Positions 19,340 to 30,189 of a stretch of 64,000 bases of DNA are shown one piece after another (the stretch's first letter is position 1; each line of letters opens with the position of its first letter). The stretch is from positions 1 to 64,000 of the forward strand of contig BTVV01000022.1 in the NCBI GenBank assembly GCA_045863855.1, written 5' to 3'. This stretch comes from Planctomycetota bacterium (GTDB taxonomy: Bacteria > Planctomycetota > SZUA-567 > H5-PLA8). Made by a program: the position numbers and the translations under genes. The notes beneath the pieces are model-generated. The model worked only from the letters and a program-made list of their open reading frames with translations. It was not told the DNA's origin and did not search any database.

Positions 19340-20821
19340 CTATCCGACGATCACCGAAGCCTCCGGCGCTCGGACCTTATCCACGCGCGGCGCTTGTGCC
19401 AAGGCTACGAAAATCGTCAGCGGCCCTAACCGGCCCACGAACATCGCCAGAATCACCACCAGCTTTCCCATGGCCGACAAATCGTTGGTTGCGCCGGTCG
19501 AAAGCCCCACCGTACCCAGCGCCGAGATCGTCTCGAAGAGGATATCCATGAACACCCCGCTTCGGTTGTGCGCCTGAGCGTCCGGCGGCGTCAGCACCAT
19601 CAGCACCCCTGTCGCCACCGCGACGACCCCCAGAGCGATCAGAATCAGCGTCGCCGCCCGCGTCACGGTTTCCATACTGATCTCCCGTCCGAACGCCGTC
19701 GGATTGCGCTGCCGCGCCAAGCGCGCTCGCGTTAATTTGTAAATGACGAACGCCGTCGTGGTCTTGATTCCGCCCGCGCACGATGCCGGATTACCGCCCA
19801 CGAACATCAGCACCATGATCAGCATCAGAGTCGGGCCGCTCAAGAGTCCGAAGGGCACCGTATTGAAGCCTGCCGTCCGCGCCGTCACCGACTGGAACAG
19901 ACTTGGCCAAAGCCCTTCGTACCACGGCCGACCGGCGAAAACGCCGCCCCACTCGCAGAAGAAAAACAGCAGCGCACCGCCGAAGGTCAGTGTCGCCGAG
20001 GTGCTTAGTACGATCTTCGTATGCAGGCTCAGCCGCTGGCGCCCGAACTTGCGCACCCACCGAATGATCTCTTCGATCACCACGAAACCCAGCCCGCCCA
20101 TCACGATCAGGCCCATCACCGCCAAGTTCGAAAGCGGATCCTGCGCGTACGCCTCCAGGCTGTTACCCAGATGCCCCGCCTGCGTCGAAAAGACCGAGAA
20201 CCCCGCGTTGCAGAACGCCGAAACCGAATGAAAAACACCGAACCAGCACGCCGTGCTCAGCGGCAGGCCGTCCAACGCCGCGAACCGCCAGGCCAGGACA
20301 ACAGCCCCCACGCATTCGACCAGCAACGTAGTCAGGAAAAGATTTCGCAGCAGGCTTCGGATCTCTTCTCCGCTGCGCCCGCCCCACACCTCGGCCACCG
20401 CCGCCCGAGTCAACATCGAACTGCGAAAACCGAGCGAGAAGGTCACACCCGTGCTCAGCGTGAGGAAACCCAGGCCACCCAGCTGAATCAACGCCAGCAG
20501 CACACCTTGCCCGTAAAGGCTGAAACGGATTCCCACATCGATGGTGGAAAGACCGGTGACGCATACCGCCGAACAGGATGTAAACAGCGCGTCCACAAAG
20601 CCCAGCGGCAACTGGCCTTCCGCCACGCAGATCGGCATCCAAAGAAGAAAAGCGCCCACGAGTACCAGCAACGCGAAACTGAGAATCACGCGTCCGGTGG
20701 GCGAGAGGCGGTCCAGCCGGAGGCCTTTGCGCATCGCGGGTGCGGCCTCGAAGAACGAGCGCGCCACACCCATGCTGAATCGGTCGAGCGACTTGGAATT
20801 CCGCTCGCGTGGCGTACTCAT
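19340..20821 (-). CDS. ktrB: K+ uptake membrane subunit, KtrB/TrkH family
   Basis: SAVCVTGL, SAFCNAGF, TARTAGF, GGIKTTT, SALGTVGLS, MFVGRLGP. Confidence 0.92.
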   Translation of the reverse strand: MSTPRERNSKSLDRFSMGVARSFFEAAPAMRKGLRLDRLSPTGRVILSFALLVLVGAFLLWMPICVAEGQLPLGFVDALFTSCSAVCVTGLSTIDVGIRFSLYGQGVLLALIQLGGLGFLTLSTGVTFSLGFRSSMLTRAAVAEVWGGRSGEEIRSLLRNLFLTTLLVECVGAVVLAWRFAALDGLPLSTACWFGVFHSVSAFCNAGFSVFSTQAGHLGNSLEAYAQDPLSNLAVMGLIVMGGLGFVVIEEIIRWVRKFGRQRLSLHTKIVLSTSATLTFGGALLFFFCEWGGVFAGRPWYEGLWPSLFQSVTARTAGFNTVPFGLLSGPTLMLIMVLMFVGGNPASCAGGIKTTTAFVIYKLTRARLARQRNPTAFGREISMETVTRAATLILIALGVVAVATGVLMVLTPPDAQAHNRSGVFMDILFETISALGTVGLSTGATNDLSAMGKLVVILAMFVGRLGPLTIFVALAQAPRVDKVRAPEASVIVG

Positions 20822-21042
20822 GAACCTCCGCCTTCTACATTCCAGTCCGACCGAAGGTAGCTTGGTTATCAGCTCACAAGTTATAACCTTTTATTGGGAT
20901 AGGTATTAGAAAAACAACCCCACTCGTGCAACCCTTTCTACCAACCCCAGCAGGTGCAAAACAGTCCTAACCTTGGACCGCAACACGCCTTAATATGGGG
21001 TTTCTCGTGTAACTTTCTGGCCTTGGGATCATCCCAGGAGAT

Positions 21043-21696
21043 GTGCAGGGGACCATGGGCGATACGGCCCCACGCGCACAATCGCAGGCAGCTTCGTCCG
21101 GTTCGAAGGCGCCTCAAGCCTCCGGCACGGTTGCGCTGCCCGATGTGGATTTGGTCCGTCGGCTCGCCCGGCAGGACTCCGCTTCGCCACGTGCGTTGGA
21201 AATTTTATTCCTGCGCCACGGCGAAGCCTTGGGGCGCTTTCTTGCGCGCTCCTTGCGCGGCTCCCAGGAGGTCGAGGATCTGGTCCACGACGCTTTCATC
21301 CGAGTCGCCGAGAAGGCCGACAGCTTCCGCGGCGACAGCCCTTTTCGTACTTGGCTCTTCTCCCTCGCGCTGAACCTGATGCGCAGCCGCAAGCGCCGCG
21401 AAGCCCTCGAAGACAAAGCCGACGCCACCATCCTCGTCAAACGCCCCGAACTCACCGAGATCAAGCCCGAAGCCGATCCGAGTTGGGGCGTCGAGCAGCG
21501 CGAACTGTGGAGCAAGGTCGAATCCGCCATCGCGGATCTGCCCGAGCCCGAGCGGGAGACCTTCCTCCTTTATTGGTTCGGCAAGCTGCCCTACGCGGAA
21601 ATCAGCGAGTTAACCGGAGTTTCGGTCTCGGCGGCCAAGGTGCGGGTGCACCGTGCCCTGTCGAGATTAAGCCAATTCCTGGGAGGGAATCGGTAA
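21043..21696 (+). CDS. ECF RNA polymerase sigma factor
   Basis: EDLVHDAF, FRTWLF (region 2); LPEPERETF..YAEISELTGVSVSAAKVRVHRA (region 4). Confidence 0.9.
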   Translation: MQGTMGDTAPRAQSQAASSGSKAPQASGTVALPDVDLVRRLARQDSASPRALEILFLRHGEALGRFLARSLRGSQEVEDLVHDAFIRVAEKADSFRGDSPFRTWLFSLALNLMRSRKRREALEDKADATILVKRPELTEIKPEADPSWGVEQRELWSKVESAIADLPEPERETFLLYWFGKLPYAEISELTGVSVSAAKVRVHRALSRLSQFLGGNR

Positions 21697-21758
21697 CGCG
21701 AAGCCGCTTCGTTCATCCCACAAGGTGAACGACCCCGGCGCGTGCCGAAGAGGTAGCC

Positions 21759-24700
21759 ATGACGGACCCGAAGCGCGAAGAACTCCAGATGCAGATGGCC
21801 GACGCCCTCACCGGCCGGCTCTCGCCTTCCGAGCGGCAGGCCTTCGAGGCCGCGCTCGCCGCCGACGCCGAACTCCGCGCCGAGTTTGCCCGCCTCGAGT
21901 CCGCCGCAGCCTTGCTGGAACAAGCGTACCCCCAAGCCCCGGCCCTGAATCAGACCTGGCTGCGCATCGAAAAATCGCTGGGCTGGCGCGAAGCCGGCCA
22001 GGGCGGCAGCAGCCGCCTCGAAGCCGAAGCCTTTGCCCGCAAGGCCGCCGCTGCCGAAAGCAGGCAGGCCCTGGAGTCCAAGCAAGTCACTCTGGGCCAC
22101 GACGAAACCGTCGACGCGCCCAGCCCGCGCGCGCACGACGAATTGGCCGCCGCCCGCGCTACGACCGAAGCCGCTCCGCACCGCAGCCCCTTCTGGTACC
22201 TCGCACCGGTTGCCGCGCTGCTCGTCCTGGGCCTCCTGGTCGCGCAGCTCTTCGTCCGCCACGAACCCGAAACGGGCCGCGTAGCCGCGACGTCCTCAGA
22301 AGCGCCTGGACGCCGCGCCATTCCCGCGCCGGATGCGGCGAACGTGCGCTACGTTCGCGGTTCACGGACCGACCTGGACGATCAGCGCGGGCTCGCGCTC
22401 GTCCGCCGCATGGGCCCCGTGGCCGTATTCGATGCCGAACGCAAGGCTTGGCGCGGCGTGGCGCAGGGAGAACGCGTTCCCTACGGCGCGCGGCTGCGCA
22501 GCGGTCCCCAGGCCCGCGCCGAACTGGCCTTCGGCTCCAGCCGCATCTTCGTGGATGCCCACACCGAACTGCTCGTCGCCCGCGAAGCCAACGGCCGTGG
22601 ACTCGAACTGTCCAGTGGGCGCGCACTCGTCGAACTCGCGCCCGATGCCGGCGCACTGATCGTGCACGCCGGGACCGGAAGCCTCACGTTCAGCGCCGCC
22701 GCCGTCGAGATCGAAGTTCCGGCGCCGGACCTTGCCTTTGCACGCGTCCTGGGCGGACGCGCGCAGATCGAAAGCCGCATCGGCGCCGAATCCGAAGCTC
22801 TAGCCCTCGACGCGCCGGCCGGCGTCGAGGTCCTCGTCTCCAGTCCCGCCGACGCGGAACTGCTCGACAGCCTGTCTACTCCGGTTAAAGCGCGTGCCCG
22901 CGCCCTGATGGCGCAATCTGCGCGCGCACAGAACCTTGCCGCCGAAGGCCAGGGCGCCTGGATCCAGGCGCTCGAAGCGCCGCCAGCGCCCACCGCGGCC
23001 TCCGTCGGCCAACTGGTGGTCCTCGACGAGGAAGGCAAGCCCGCCGAACCGCTCCGCGTCGAACGCCTGGACATCACAGCCCACCTGCGCGGCCCGTTGG
23101 CGCTCACCCGTATCGACCATGTATTCCGCAACGAAACCGACCGCACCCTCGAAGGCACCTTTTACTTCCCGCTCCCGCCGGGCGCCGCCATCAGCCGTTT
23201 CGCCATGTTCGTGGACGAGAAGACGCTGATCGAGGGCGAAGTCGTCGAACGCCAGAAGGCGCGCGCGGTCTACGAATCCATCTTGCGCGCCAAGCGCGAC
23301 CCGGCCTTGCTGGAGTGGATGGAAGGCAACGTCTTCCGCGCCCGGATTTTCCCCATTCCGCCGAAGTCCACCAAGCGCGTGATCCTGGAGTACACGCAGT
23401 TGCTGCCCGCGCACTACGAGACGCGCCGCTACATTCTGCCGCTGGTCAGCGAACTGACGCGCAAGCATCCCATCGGACGGTTGGACGTGGACGTCATTGC
23501 CGAGACCTCCGACGGACAGCCGCTGCGCGAAGTCTCCTCTCCTTCTTATTACGCGCAGACGAGCGTCGAAGGCTTGGGCACCTCGCGCGTGCATGCGCGC
23601 TTACGCCTGGAAAACGTGAAACCCGATGCCGACTTCGTCCTGAACGTCGCCGCGCCTCGCGAACAGCCCATCGAAGCGGTGATCTACGCCGAAGAAGGCG
23701 AAGCCCCGTACGTGCTGCTGGGTATTCAGCCCCAGCCGGCGCTGGCGCAAGCGGCCGGCCGGGCTTCCGGACGCGACGTCCTGATCGTCGCCGAAACCAG
23801 CGGTGCGCGCAGCACCGAAGATCGCGCCGCGCAGGCCAAGGCCCTCGACGCGCTCCTCAGCGGCCTGAACGCTTCCGACCGAGTGCTTCTGGCCGGCGCG
23901 GACGTGGCCCTTACGCCGCTAACCGCCGGCGGCGTACCCCCCTTCTCCGCCGCGCTGGACCGCGCCCGAGCCGACCTTTCCAAGACCACGCCGCTGGGTG
24001 CGTTGGACTTGGGCAATGCCGTGGTGCAAGGCGCCGCCCTGCTCTCCCGCCACGCACGGCCCGATCGTGCGCGCTTGCTCATTTTCGTCGGAGCCGGCAT
24101 TCCCGCGCTGGGCACGCTCGACGCCGGGCAACTCGCCGCCGACGGCGCCGCGGCGCTGAAGGTGGCCGCCACGCGCTTCGTCGGCATCGCCGTGGGCCGC
24201 CAGGTCGAAACGCTTGCGCTGGCCGAACTCGCCGCGCGCAGCGGCGGATTCTGTGTCCCGCTGCGTCCCGACGAGAACCTCGAGGAAGCGGCCTTCACCC
24301 TGTCGCTCAGCCTGCAGCAGCCGATTCTGGAAGCCGCCGCATGGCGCGACGAGACCGGCCTGCTCTCCGACGCACTGCCCGCGCGTTTGCCGGCCCTGCT
24401 GCCCGGCCACGAATACTTCGTCCATGCTCGGCTTAAGGAAACGCGCCCCTTCGCCGTAGCGCTGGATGCCCGCATCGACGGGATGCCGTATGCCGTCCGC
24501 CGTGCCGTGACGCTCGGCGAGGGGCTCGACCGCAACCCCGCCGTCGGCCGTGCGTGGGCGCGCGCGCGCCTGGACGATCTGCTCGCCCAGACCCCCGATT
24601 CCCAGCGCCGCGAAGAAATCCTGGCGCTGGCACAAACTTGGACCTTGATGAGCCCCTACACCAGCTTCTTGGTCCTCGAAAGCAACGACGACTACGCGCG

Positions 24701-27700
24701 CTACGAGATCGACCGCAGCCTGCGCAGGAAGCTCTGGCGCGACCCCACCGTGCTGGCTCAAGCTCGGAACGAGGAAGCCGACCGCATCGGTTCGCCGGAC
24801 AAAAGCACCGACGGCCAGCCGGAGCAGAAACAGGCCCTGCAAGGCCACCTCGAGACCGAGAACGCCGCGCGCGCCGCGCAGCCGCCCGCGAACGTATGGA
24901 AGCCGCGGGCCTTAGACGGCGAAGCGCTCCGCGAAGCGCGGCGGAATCTGGAATCGATTAAGCAAGCGGCGCAAGCCAAGGCGGCCCTCGCGGCCGATGC
25001 GAAAGAACTGCGCCAAGGACAGTCGCTTCAGCGCGACGGCAAGAATCGTGCCGAGTCCCTGAAGGAAGCCAAGGGCGGCGAACCCGCCAGCGGACCCGGC
25101 CGTGTGCCCAGTGCGCCTGCGGCGCCCGGTGAACGTGAGACCGCCGAACAGGCCGCCGCCGTGCCCGCCACGACCGGCCGGCCCGCGCCAGCACCCGGTG
25201 CTCCCCCGACGCAACCGAACGGAGGCCACCGCGGCCAGGATAAGCCGATGGCAACGGCGGCCGAGCAAGATCCGAAAGCCGCCCCGGCTGCCGCGCAGCC
25301 CTTGGTCGGTCAGGCCGACAAGCCGACGGCCACCCGCGCACCCGAAGAAAAGCTCGAAAAGAACGCCACCGATGAAGCGCCTGCTGGGCATGCCTCCGGC
25401 AACAAACGTGCCCTCGATGCCGCGCCAACTCTGCCGCCCGCACCCCCGCCTGCAGCCGCACCGCCGTCGCCCGACGCCATGGCCGGCCAAGGCGGCGGAG
25501 GCGGAAGGCCAGTGGCCGGAAGCGAAGGCGGAGCCGTTCGGAGGCTGACCGAGCAAGCCGAAGGACCGCCCCATCCGGAAGCGCCGGCCAACCAGCGGCG
25601 CGGCGCGGAACGCAAAGCCGCGCAGATGCAATCGCTGCTGGATCGCGAGGATGCCCAAGACGCGGTAAAAGAACTGCGCGATGACACTGTCGCCGAAGCG
25701 CTGGACGAGCAGGAAAAGTCCGTCATCGAAGGAAAAGAAAACGACGCAACCGAAACGGCCCAGACCCTCCGGGGCTTCATGGGCTTCGCGCTGGATCTGG
25801 TCGGCAAAAAAGAGGTCGACGAAGCCCTCGTCCTTGATGATTCGGAAGTCGAAGATCTGCGTAAATCGGTCGGCACCGAAGCAGCCGAGGAGCGCCAAGA
25901 GGCACTTGCTGGGGAATCGCGGTACCGCGAGACCAACCTAAAGAAGCTGGAGGATTCGGCCGACAAGGCCGTACCCGAAGATCGCCGCTCGGTCGAAGCG
26001 CTCGCGCGCGTCGTACAGTCCTCTCGCCCCGAACCGCAGATAGAGCACTTGCGCGGCATGCAGCAGGCGAAACAGTCCGAAGCGCAGAGGGAATCGTTCG
26101 GCAAGAGTTCCGAAGCGAACATGGAACGTGCCAAGTCCGATGCCGGGGCGGCGCCCGAAGCGCTCTGGAAAGGCCACCTCGGCGTCTTCAAAGAGACCAA
26201 GCCGGTCGCCGAAACGCGCGGGCGCGAAGCCAAGAAAGCAGCGAACGAATCGCCCGTGCAAGTCCAGACCTTCCTCCGCCGCATCCGCGACGAAGCTGCT
26301 GGCCGTGAAGAGCCCTATCCGCTCGCGCAGCTCACCGCCGATTTGGAAACGCTCGGCCGCGCCGTCCAGGCCCGGCCCAACGACCTCGCGCCGCGCCTGC
26401 AACGCGCCGCCGCCACGCTCCTGATCTTCGTTTACGAGCCCGCGCGGGTCGCCGGCGCGCCGCGCGAACTGCTCTGCGACCTTTTAGCCGAAGACCTCCA
26501 GCGCGCCTTTGCCGCGCCGGATGCCGGTGGAACGGACGGCGAAGCGATTCGCGAAGTGCTCCCCCTGCTGCCCGGCTTCTCGCGCGAAGAGCGCCTCGCG
26601 CTCCTCGAACGCCAGCCCGCGCCCAAACGGCGCTGCGGTGACTGGCTGCGCATCGCCGGTCTGCAAGCCGATACGCCCGCCGGGCGCGCCGCAGCCGGAG
26701 CCCTCCTCGACCGCGCCTTGGCCGCCTGGAAAACCCAGTTCCCCAATCAGCCGCTCCCGCTGCCGCAAGCTCGCGCGCTGGCTGCGCTGGCGCTCAAACT
26801 GGGGGATCTGCCCAAAGCTCAGAATGCCTTCGACGAAGCGCTCGTCGGACCGGGCGCCGGAGATTCCAAGCTTCTCGCCGAAGTCGCCGCGCTCGAAGCC
26901 CAATGGGGTTTCACCGAATCCGCGCGCGCACACACGCTGCGCGCGCTGGGCGCGCTCGAAGCGCGCGCCGACCACGCAGCCGCCCGCGCCATCCTCTTCC
27001 AGAACCTCGCGCTCCTGAGCGACGGCATCGACGGCTACAAGGTCCTGGCCGACGGCTTGGCCGAATTCCGCTACGCCGGCCCGGCCGCCGAACGCCTCGC
27101 CCGCGCCGCCGCTCGGCGCATCGCCGATGAACCGGACCCGCAACTGCTCGACGCTGCGTTGCCGCTCTTCGGAGACGAAGCCCTCCGCGCGCGCATCCTC
27201 GCCCGCCGCGCCGAACTCGAACCGAACGCCGAACGCCGCGCCAGCCTTTACGCCGAAGCTATGCGCCTTTCCGGCGACGAGACCTACCTCCAAGCGTTAG
27301 CCGCAAGCCTCCGCGCCGCCGGCCAGCGCGAGGCGCTGATCGAATTGCTCCAGACCAAGCTCCGCGCCGGCAGCGGTGAACCCTGGCAATGGGCGGCGCT
27401 TGCCCAAGCCCACACGGCCTCCGGCGACCGCGCAGCAGCCTACCGGGCGCAGACGCAGGCCGTCGCCCTGCGCCCGCGCGAAGCCGCCCCGCGCCTGGCC
27501 TTGGCCGAACAACTGGAGGCCATGGGGCGCCACCTCGACGCCTTGCGCGAATACCGCGCCGCCTGCGAACTCGAGCCGCAGCACGCCGCCGCGCACCGCC
27601 AACTCGCCGCGGCCGCACGCCGCCATCGCGATCTTGCCGCCGAAGGCTGGGCGCTCGTCCGCATGCTCGGCGGTTCCTGGCTCTCCGAAGACGGCGACGT

Positions 27701-28163
27701 CTGGGGCGAAGCCGAGCGCGGTCTGGACGACCTGCTCAAGCGCATGCGCACCGCCGGCCAAGCAGACGCCGCCGATAAGCTCGAACGCGAACGCGCCGCC
27801 GCCCGGGTCCAGGACCTCGTCGCCGTGTTGACTTGGGACACCGACGGCACCGACGTCGACCTGCACGTCACCGAACCCGGCAAGCACGAAGTCAGCTACC
27901 GCGAGAAAACTTCTTGGCGCGGCGGGATGCTCGACCACGACGACACCGACGGCCGCGGCCCGGAAACCTACGTCCTCAAGCGCGCCGGACCGGGCGCCTA
28001 CCGCATCTGGGTCAAGTATTATCGCGGCGAACCCGTCACGAAGGCGCACGTCGAGATCTTCCGGCAGCGCCACGGCGCGCAAGAGACCCGGCAGACCTTT
28101 ACGCTGGAATTGAAGAAAGCCGAAGAAGAAGCCACGGTCCTGGAATTTACCATCCAGCCGTAG
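21759..28163 (+). CDS. Giant anti-sigma/FecR-like + VIT + vWA-like + TPR + YfaP/DUF2135-like protein (2134 aa)
   Basis: Anti-sigma-like N-terminus and TM; VIT (LEGTFYFPLPPGAAISRF, RDPALLEW); MSPYTSFLVLE; TPR-like helices; WDTDGTDVDLHVTEP..GPETY. Confidence 0.8.
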   Translation: MTDPKREELQMQMADALTGRLSPSERQAFEAALAADAELRAEFARLESAAALLEQAYPQAPALNQTWLRIEKSLGWREAGQGGSSRLEAEAFARKAAAAESRQALESKQVTLGHDETVDAPSPRAHDELAAARATTEAAPHRSPFWYLAPVAALLVLGLLVAQLFVRHEPETGRVAATSSEAPGRRAIPAPDAANVRYVRGSRTDLDDQRGLALVRRMGPVAVFDAERKAWRGVAQGERVPYGARLRSGPQARAELAFGSSRIFVDAHTELLVAREANGRGLELSSGRALVELAPDAGALIVHAGTGSLTFSAAAVEIEVPAPDLAFARVLGGRAQIESRIGAESEALALDAPAGVEVLVSSPADAELLDSLSTPVKARARALMAQSARAQNLAAEGQGAWIQALEAPPAPTAASVGQLVVLDEEGKPAEPLRVERLDITAHLRGPLALTRIDHVFRNETDRTLEGTFYFPLPPGAAISRFAMFVDEKTLIEGEVVERQKARAVYESILRAKRDPALLEWMEGNVFRARIFPIPPKSTKRVILEYTQLLPAHYETRRYILPLVSELTRKHPIGRLDVDVIAETSDGQPLREVSSPSYYAQTSVEGLGTSRVHARLRLENVKPDADFVLNVAAPREQPIEAVIYAEEGEAPYVLLGIQPQPALAQAAGRASGRDVLIVAETSGARSTEDRAAQAKALDALLSGLNASDRVLLAGADVALTPLTAGGVPPFSAALDRARADLSKTTPLGALDLGNAVVQGAALLSRHARPDRARLLIFVGAGIPALGTLDAGQLAADGAAALKVAATRFVGIAVGRQVETLALAELAARSGGFCVPLRPDENLEEAAFTLSLSLQQPILEAAAWRDETGLLSDALPARLPALLPGHEYFVHARLKETRPFAVALDARIDGMPYAVRRAVTLGEGLDRNPAVGRAWARARLDDLLAQTPDSQRREEILALAQTWTLMSPYTSFLVLESNDDYARYEIDRSLRRKLWRDPTVLAQARNEEADRIGSPDKSTDGQPEQKQALQGHLETENAARAAQPPANVWKPRALDGEALREARRNLESIKQAAQAKAALAADAKELRQGQSLQRDGKNRAESLKEAKGGEPASGPGRVPSAPAAPGERETAEQAAAVPATTGRPAPAPGAPPTQPNGGHRGQDKPMATAAEQDPKAAPAAAQPLVGQADKPTATRAPEEKLEKNATDEAPAGHASGNKRALDAAPTLPPAPPPAAAPPSPDAMAGQGGGGGRPVAGSEGGAVRRLTEQAEGPPHPEAPANQRRGAERKAAQMQSLLDREDAQDAVKELRDDTVAEALDEQEKSVIEGKENDATETAQTLRGFMGFALDLVGKKEVDEALVLDDSEVEDLRKSVGTEAAEERQEALAGESRYRETNLKKLEDSADKAVPEDRRSVEALARVVQSSRPEPQIEHLRGMQQAKQSEAQRESFGKSSEANMERAKSDAGAAPEALWKGHLGVFKETKPVAETRGREAKKAANESPVQVQTFLRRIRDEAAGREEPYPLAQLTADLETLGRAVQARPNDLAPRLQRAAATLLIFVYEPARVAGAPRELLCDLLAEDLQRAFAAPDAGGTDGEAIREVLPLLPGFSREERLALLERQPAPKRRCGDWLRIAGLQADTPAGRAAAGALLDRALAAWKTQFPNQPLPLPQARALAALALKLGDLPKAQNAFDEALVGPGAGDSKLLAEVAALEAQWGFTESARAHTLRALGALEARADHAAARAILFQNLALLSDGIDGYKVLADGLAEFRYAGPAAERLARAAARRIADEPDPQLLDAALPLFGDEALRARILARRAELEPNAERRASLYAEAMRLSGDETYLQALAASLRAAGQREALIELLQTKLRAGSGEPWQWAALAQAHTASGDRAAAYRAQTQAVALRPREAAPRLALAEQLEAMGRHLDALREYRAACELEPQHAAAHRQLAAAARRHRDLAAEGWALVRMLGGSWLSEDGDVWGEAERGLDDLLKRMRTAGQADAADKLERERAAARVQDLVAVLTWDTDGTDVDLHVTEPGKHEVSYREKTSWRGGMLDHDDTDGRGPETYVLKRAGPGAYRIWVKYYRGEPVTKAHVEIFRQRHGAQETRQTFTLELKKAEEEATVLEFTIQP

Positions 28164-28166
28164 CCG

Positions 28167-28967
28167 CTATTCCTGCTCGACCGGGTCCACCAGTCCGCCG
28201 AAGGTGCGCCGCCGCGTGGCGTAATCGGCCAGCGCCGCGTCGAGGTGCCCGCGCCCGAACTCCGGCCACGGCACGTCCAGGAAACTCAGCTCCGCGTACG
28301 CCGACTGCCACAATAGAAAATTCGAAAGCCGCCGCTCGCCGCCGCTGCGGATCAGCAGGTCCACCGGCGGCAACGCGCACAAGTACAGCTCCGCTTCGAT
28401 CTGTTCGCTCCCGATTCGCGCCGGCTCCAGCCCGCCCGCGGCCACGCGGCCTGCCAGCCGCCGCATCGCCTGAACCAGTTCCTCGCGCCCGCCGTAATTG
28501 ACGGCCAAGTTGAGCTGCATGCGCCGCGCCTGCGCGGTGGCCGACGACGTCTGTTCGACCGCCCGCAGCACCTCGGCCGGAAGCCGCTCGCGCTCGCCCA
28601 GCAAGCTCATCCGGATGCCCTGCTCGGCCAAGCGCTCGCGCTCCCCTTCGAGATACGCGCGGAAGAGTTCCATCAAGCCGGCTACTTCTTCGCTGGGCCG
28701 CGACCAGTTCTGTGCGCTGAAGGCGTAGAGGCTCAAGACTTCGATCCCGCGCTCGAGCGCCGCTTCGACCACCTCGCGTACCGCCCGCGCGCCGCGCTCG
28801 TGCCCGGCCAGCCGCGGCAAGCCCTGCCGCGTCGCCCAGCGCCCGTTGCCGTCCATCACGATCGCCACGTGGCGCGGCAAGCGCGGATCGCCCGGACGGG
28901 GCACGCGCGCATCCGCAAGCGCCGGAGCGGCGGGGACGCCGCCGTTCAACAGCGAGGTCTCGCTCAT
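28167..28967 (-). CDS. uppS: Undecaprenyl diphosphate synthase (cis-isoprenyltransferase)
   Basis: HVAIVMDGNGRWA, YAFS..NWSR, NYGGR, DLLIRSGGE.RLSNFLLWQ. Confidence 0.93.
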   Translation of the reverse strand: MSETSLLNGGVPAAPALADARVPRPGDPRLPRHVAIVMDGNGRWATRQGLPRLAGHERGARAVREVVEAALERGIEVLSLYAFSAQNWSRPSEEVAGLMELFRAYLEGERERLAEQGIRMSLLGERERLPAEVLRAVEQTSSATAQARRMQLNLAVNYGGREELVQAMRRLAGRVAAGGLEPARIGSEQIEAELYLCALPPVDLLIRSGGERRLSNFLLWQSAYAELSFLDVPWPEFGRGHLDAALADYATRRRTFGGLVDPVEQE

Positions 28968-29371
28968 CGCGCGCCCTCCCCGTGCCCGCGCGCCGCGTGA
29001 ATCAACACCTCCAACCGGTCGAGGTACACGCGAAACGCGCGCTCGCCCTTCGGCGTCCACTGCACCGTCGTGCTGCTTCCCCGCCCCGCCCCCGTCTTGT
29101 TGCGCTGGATCAATCCGCCCTGCTCCAGCGTGCGCAGATGGGTCATCAGGTTTCCGTCGGTGAGGTGCAATCCGTCGCGCAGGTCGAGGAACCCCGCGGC
29201 GTGATCGTCGGCCGTCGCCAGCGCCGTCAGGATCGCCAGCCGCGTGCGCTCGTGGATCAGAGGATCGAGTTCCAGCAGCGCGGCCGGCTCTTCCGTGCGC
29301 GGCGTTTCCGGTTCGGGCGGCGGCGCACTCGCCTTGCGGCGAGGCTGCGCGGCCGCGGCAACGGTCTTCAT
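28964..29371 (-). CDS. Winged-helix transcriptional regulator (ArsR/MarR-like)
   Basis: LDPLIHERTRLAIL...LTDGNLMTHLRTLE. Confidence 0.8.
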   Translation of the reverse strand: MKTVAAAAQPRRKASAPPPEPETPRTEEPAALLELDPLIHERTRLAILTALATADDHAAGFLDLRDGLHLTDGNLMTHLRTLEQGGLIQRNKTGAGRGSSTTVQWTPKGERAFRVYLDRLEVLIHAARGHGEGAR

Positions 29372-29979
29372 CCGCGGTACCTCCACATCACGATCGTCCC
29401 GAAGGCGAAATGCAAGCCGCCGAAGCCCAGCCCCAACCAGACCGCCGACCACTCCACCGGCGTCCACCATGCCGCGGCGCCCAGGGCCAGGAAGATCAAC
29501 CCCAGCGTGCGCATAAACAGCGGAGCGAAGAAGCTCGCCACGTACAGCCCGCAGCCGTACATCGTAAGCCACAAGCCCGGCAGCAGGTCGTAGCGTTCCG
29601 CGCGCGCCAGCGCCAAGGTCGCCACCAGCCCCGCCATGCCCGGTCCTAAAAGCGCGCCAAAAGCCGTCCGCGCGATAGGCGTCCACATCCGCTCGCCGCG
29701 CTGCTGCGCCTTAAGCGCCGTAAGAATGAGCATCGTGACCGCCGCCACCACGAAGACGCCCAGCCAAACCCCCAGAAAACGCGGGCCCAACAGCGGATGG
29801 CAGCCGGGATTCTCGGCGGCCCAGCCGCATCCGCCGCTCCCCGCCAGCGCCGCCGTGCCCGCGATGAACCCCGACCAGGCCGAAAACGTCGAATACCGCG
29901 TCGTCCGGTCGATCGCAGCGCGAATGTATCCCAGCGCGCGCAGCGCTTCGTCCCGGGCCATGGGCGATTCGTGCAGCAT
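29368..29979 (-). CDS. Integral membrane protein
   Basis: About six hydrophobic segments; coupled to the regulator and uppS. Confidence 0.7.
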   Translation of the reverse strand: MLHESPMARDEALRALGYIRAAIDRTTRYSTFSAWSGFIAGTAALAGSGGCGWAAENPGCHPLLGPRFLGVWLGVFVVAAVTMLILTALKAQQRGERMWTPIARTAFGALLGPGMAGLVATLALARAERYDLLPGLWLTMYGCGLYVASFFAPLFMRTLGLIFLALGAAAWWTPVEWSAVWLGLGFGGLHFAFGTIVMWRYRG

Positions 29980-30189
29980 GAGCGGAGGACTCCGGGCTCG
30001 TACTCGATCCTAATTCACTTTGCTCCACAAAGCATACCATCCGGATCGGTATCGTCAACGCGGAACTTGAACCCATTCCGTCAACTGCGCGTAAAATTTC
30101 GCCGCGTTTCCGGGCACTCGTGGAATCCGCAAGCGGTGCTATGATGCCCGTCGGTTGTTAAGCCCCGATTGACGAAGGACCTGTGCGCC

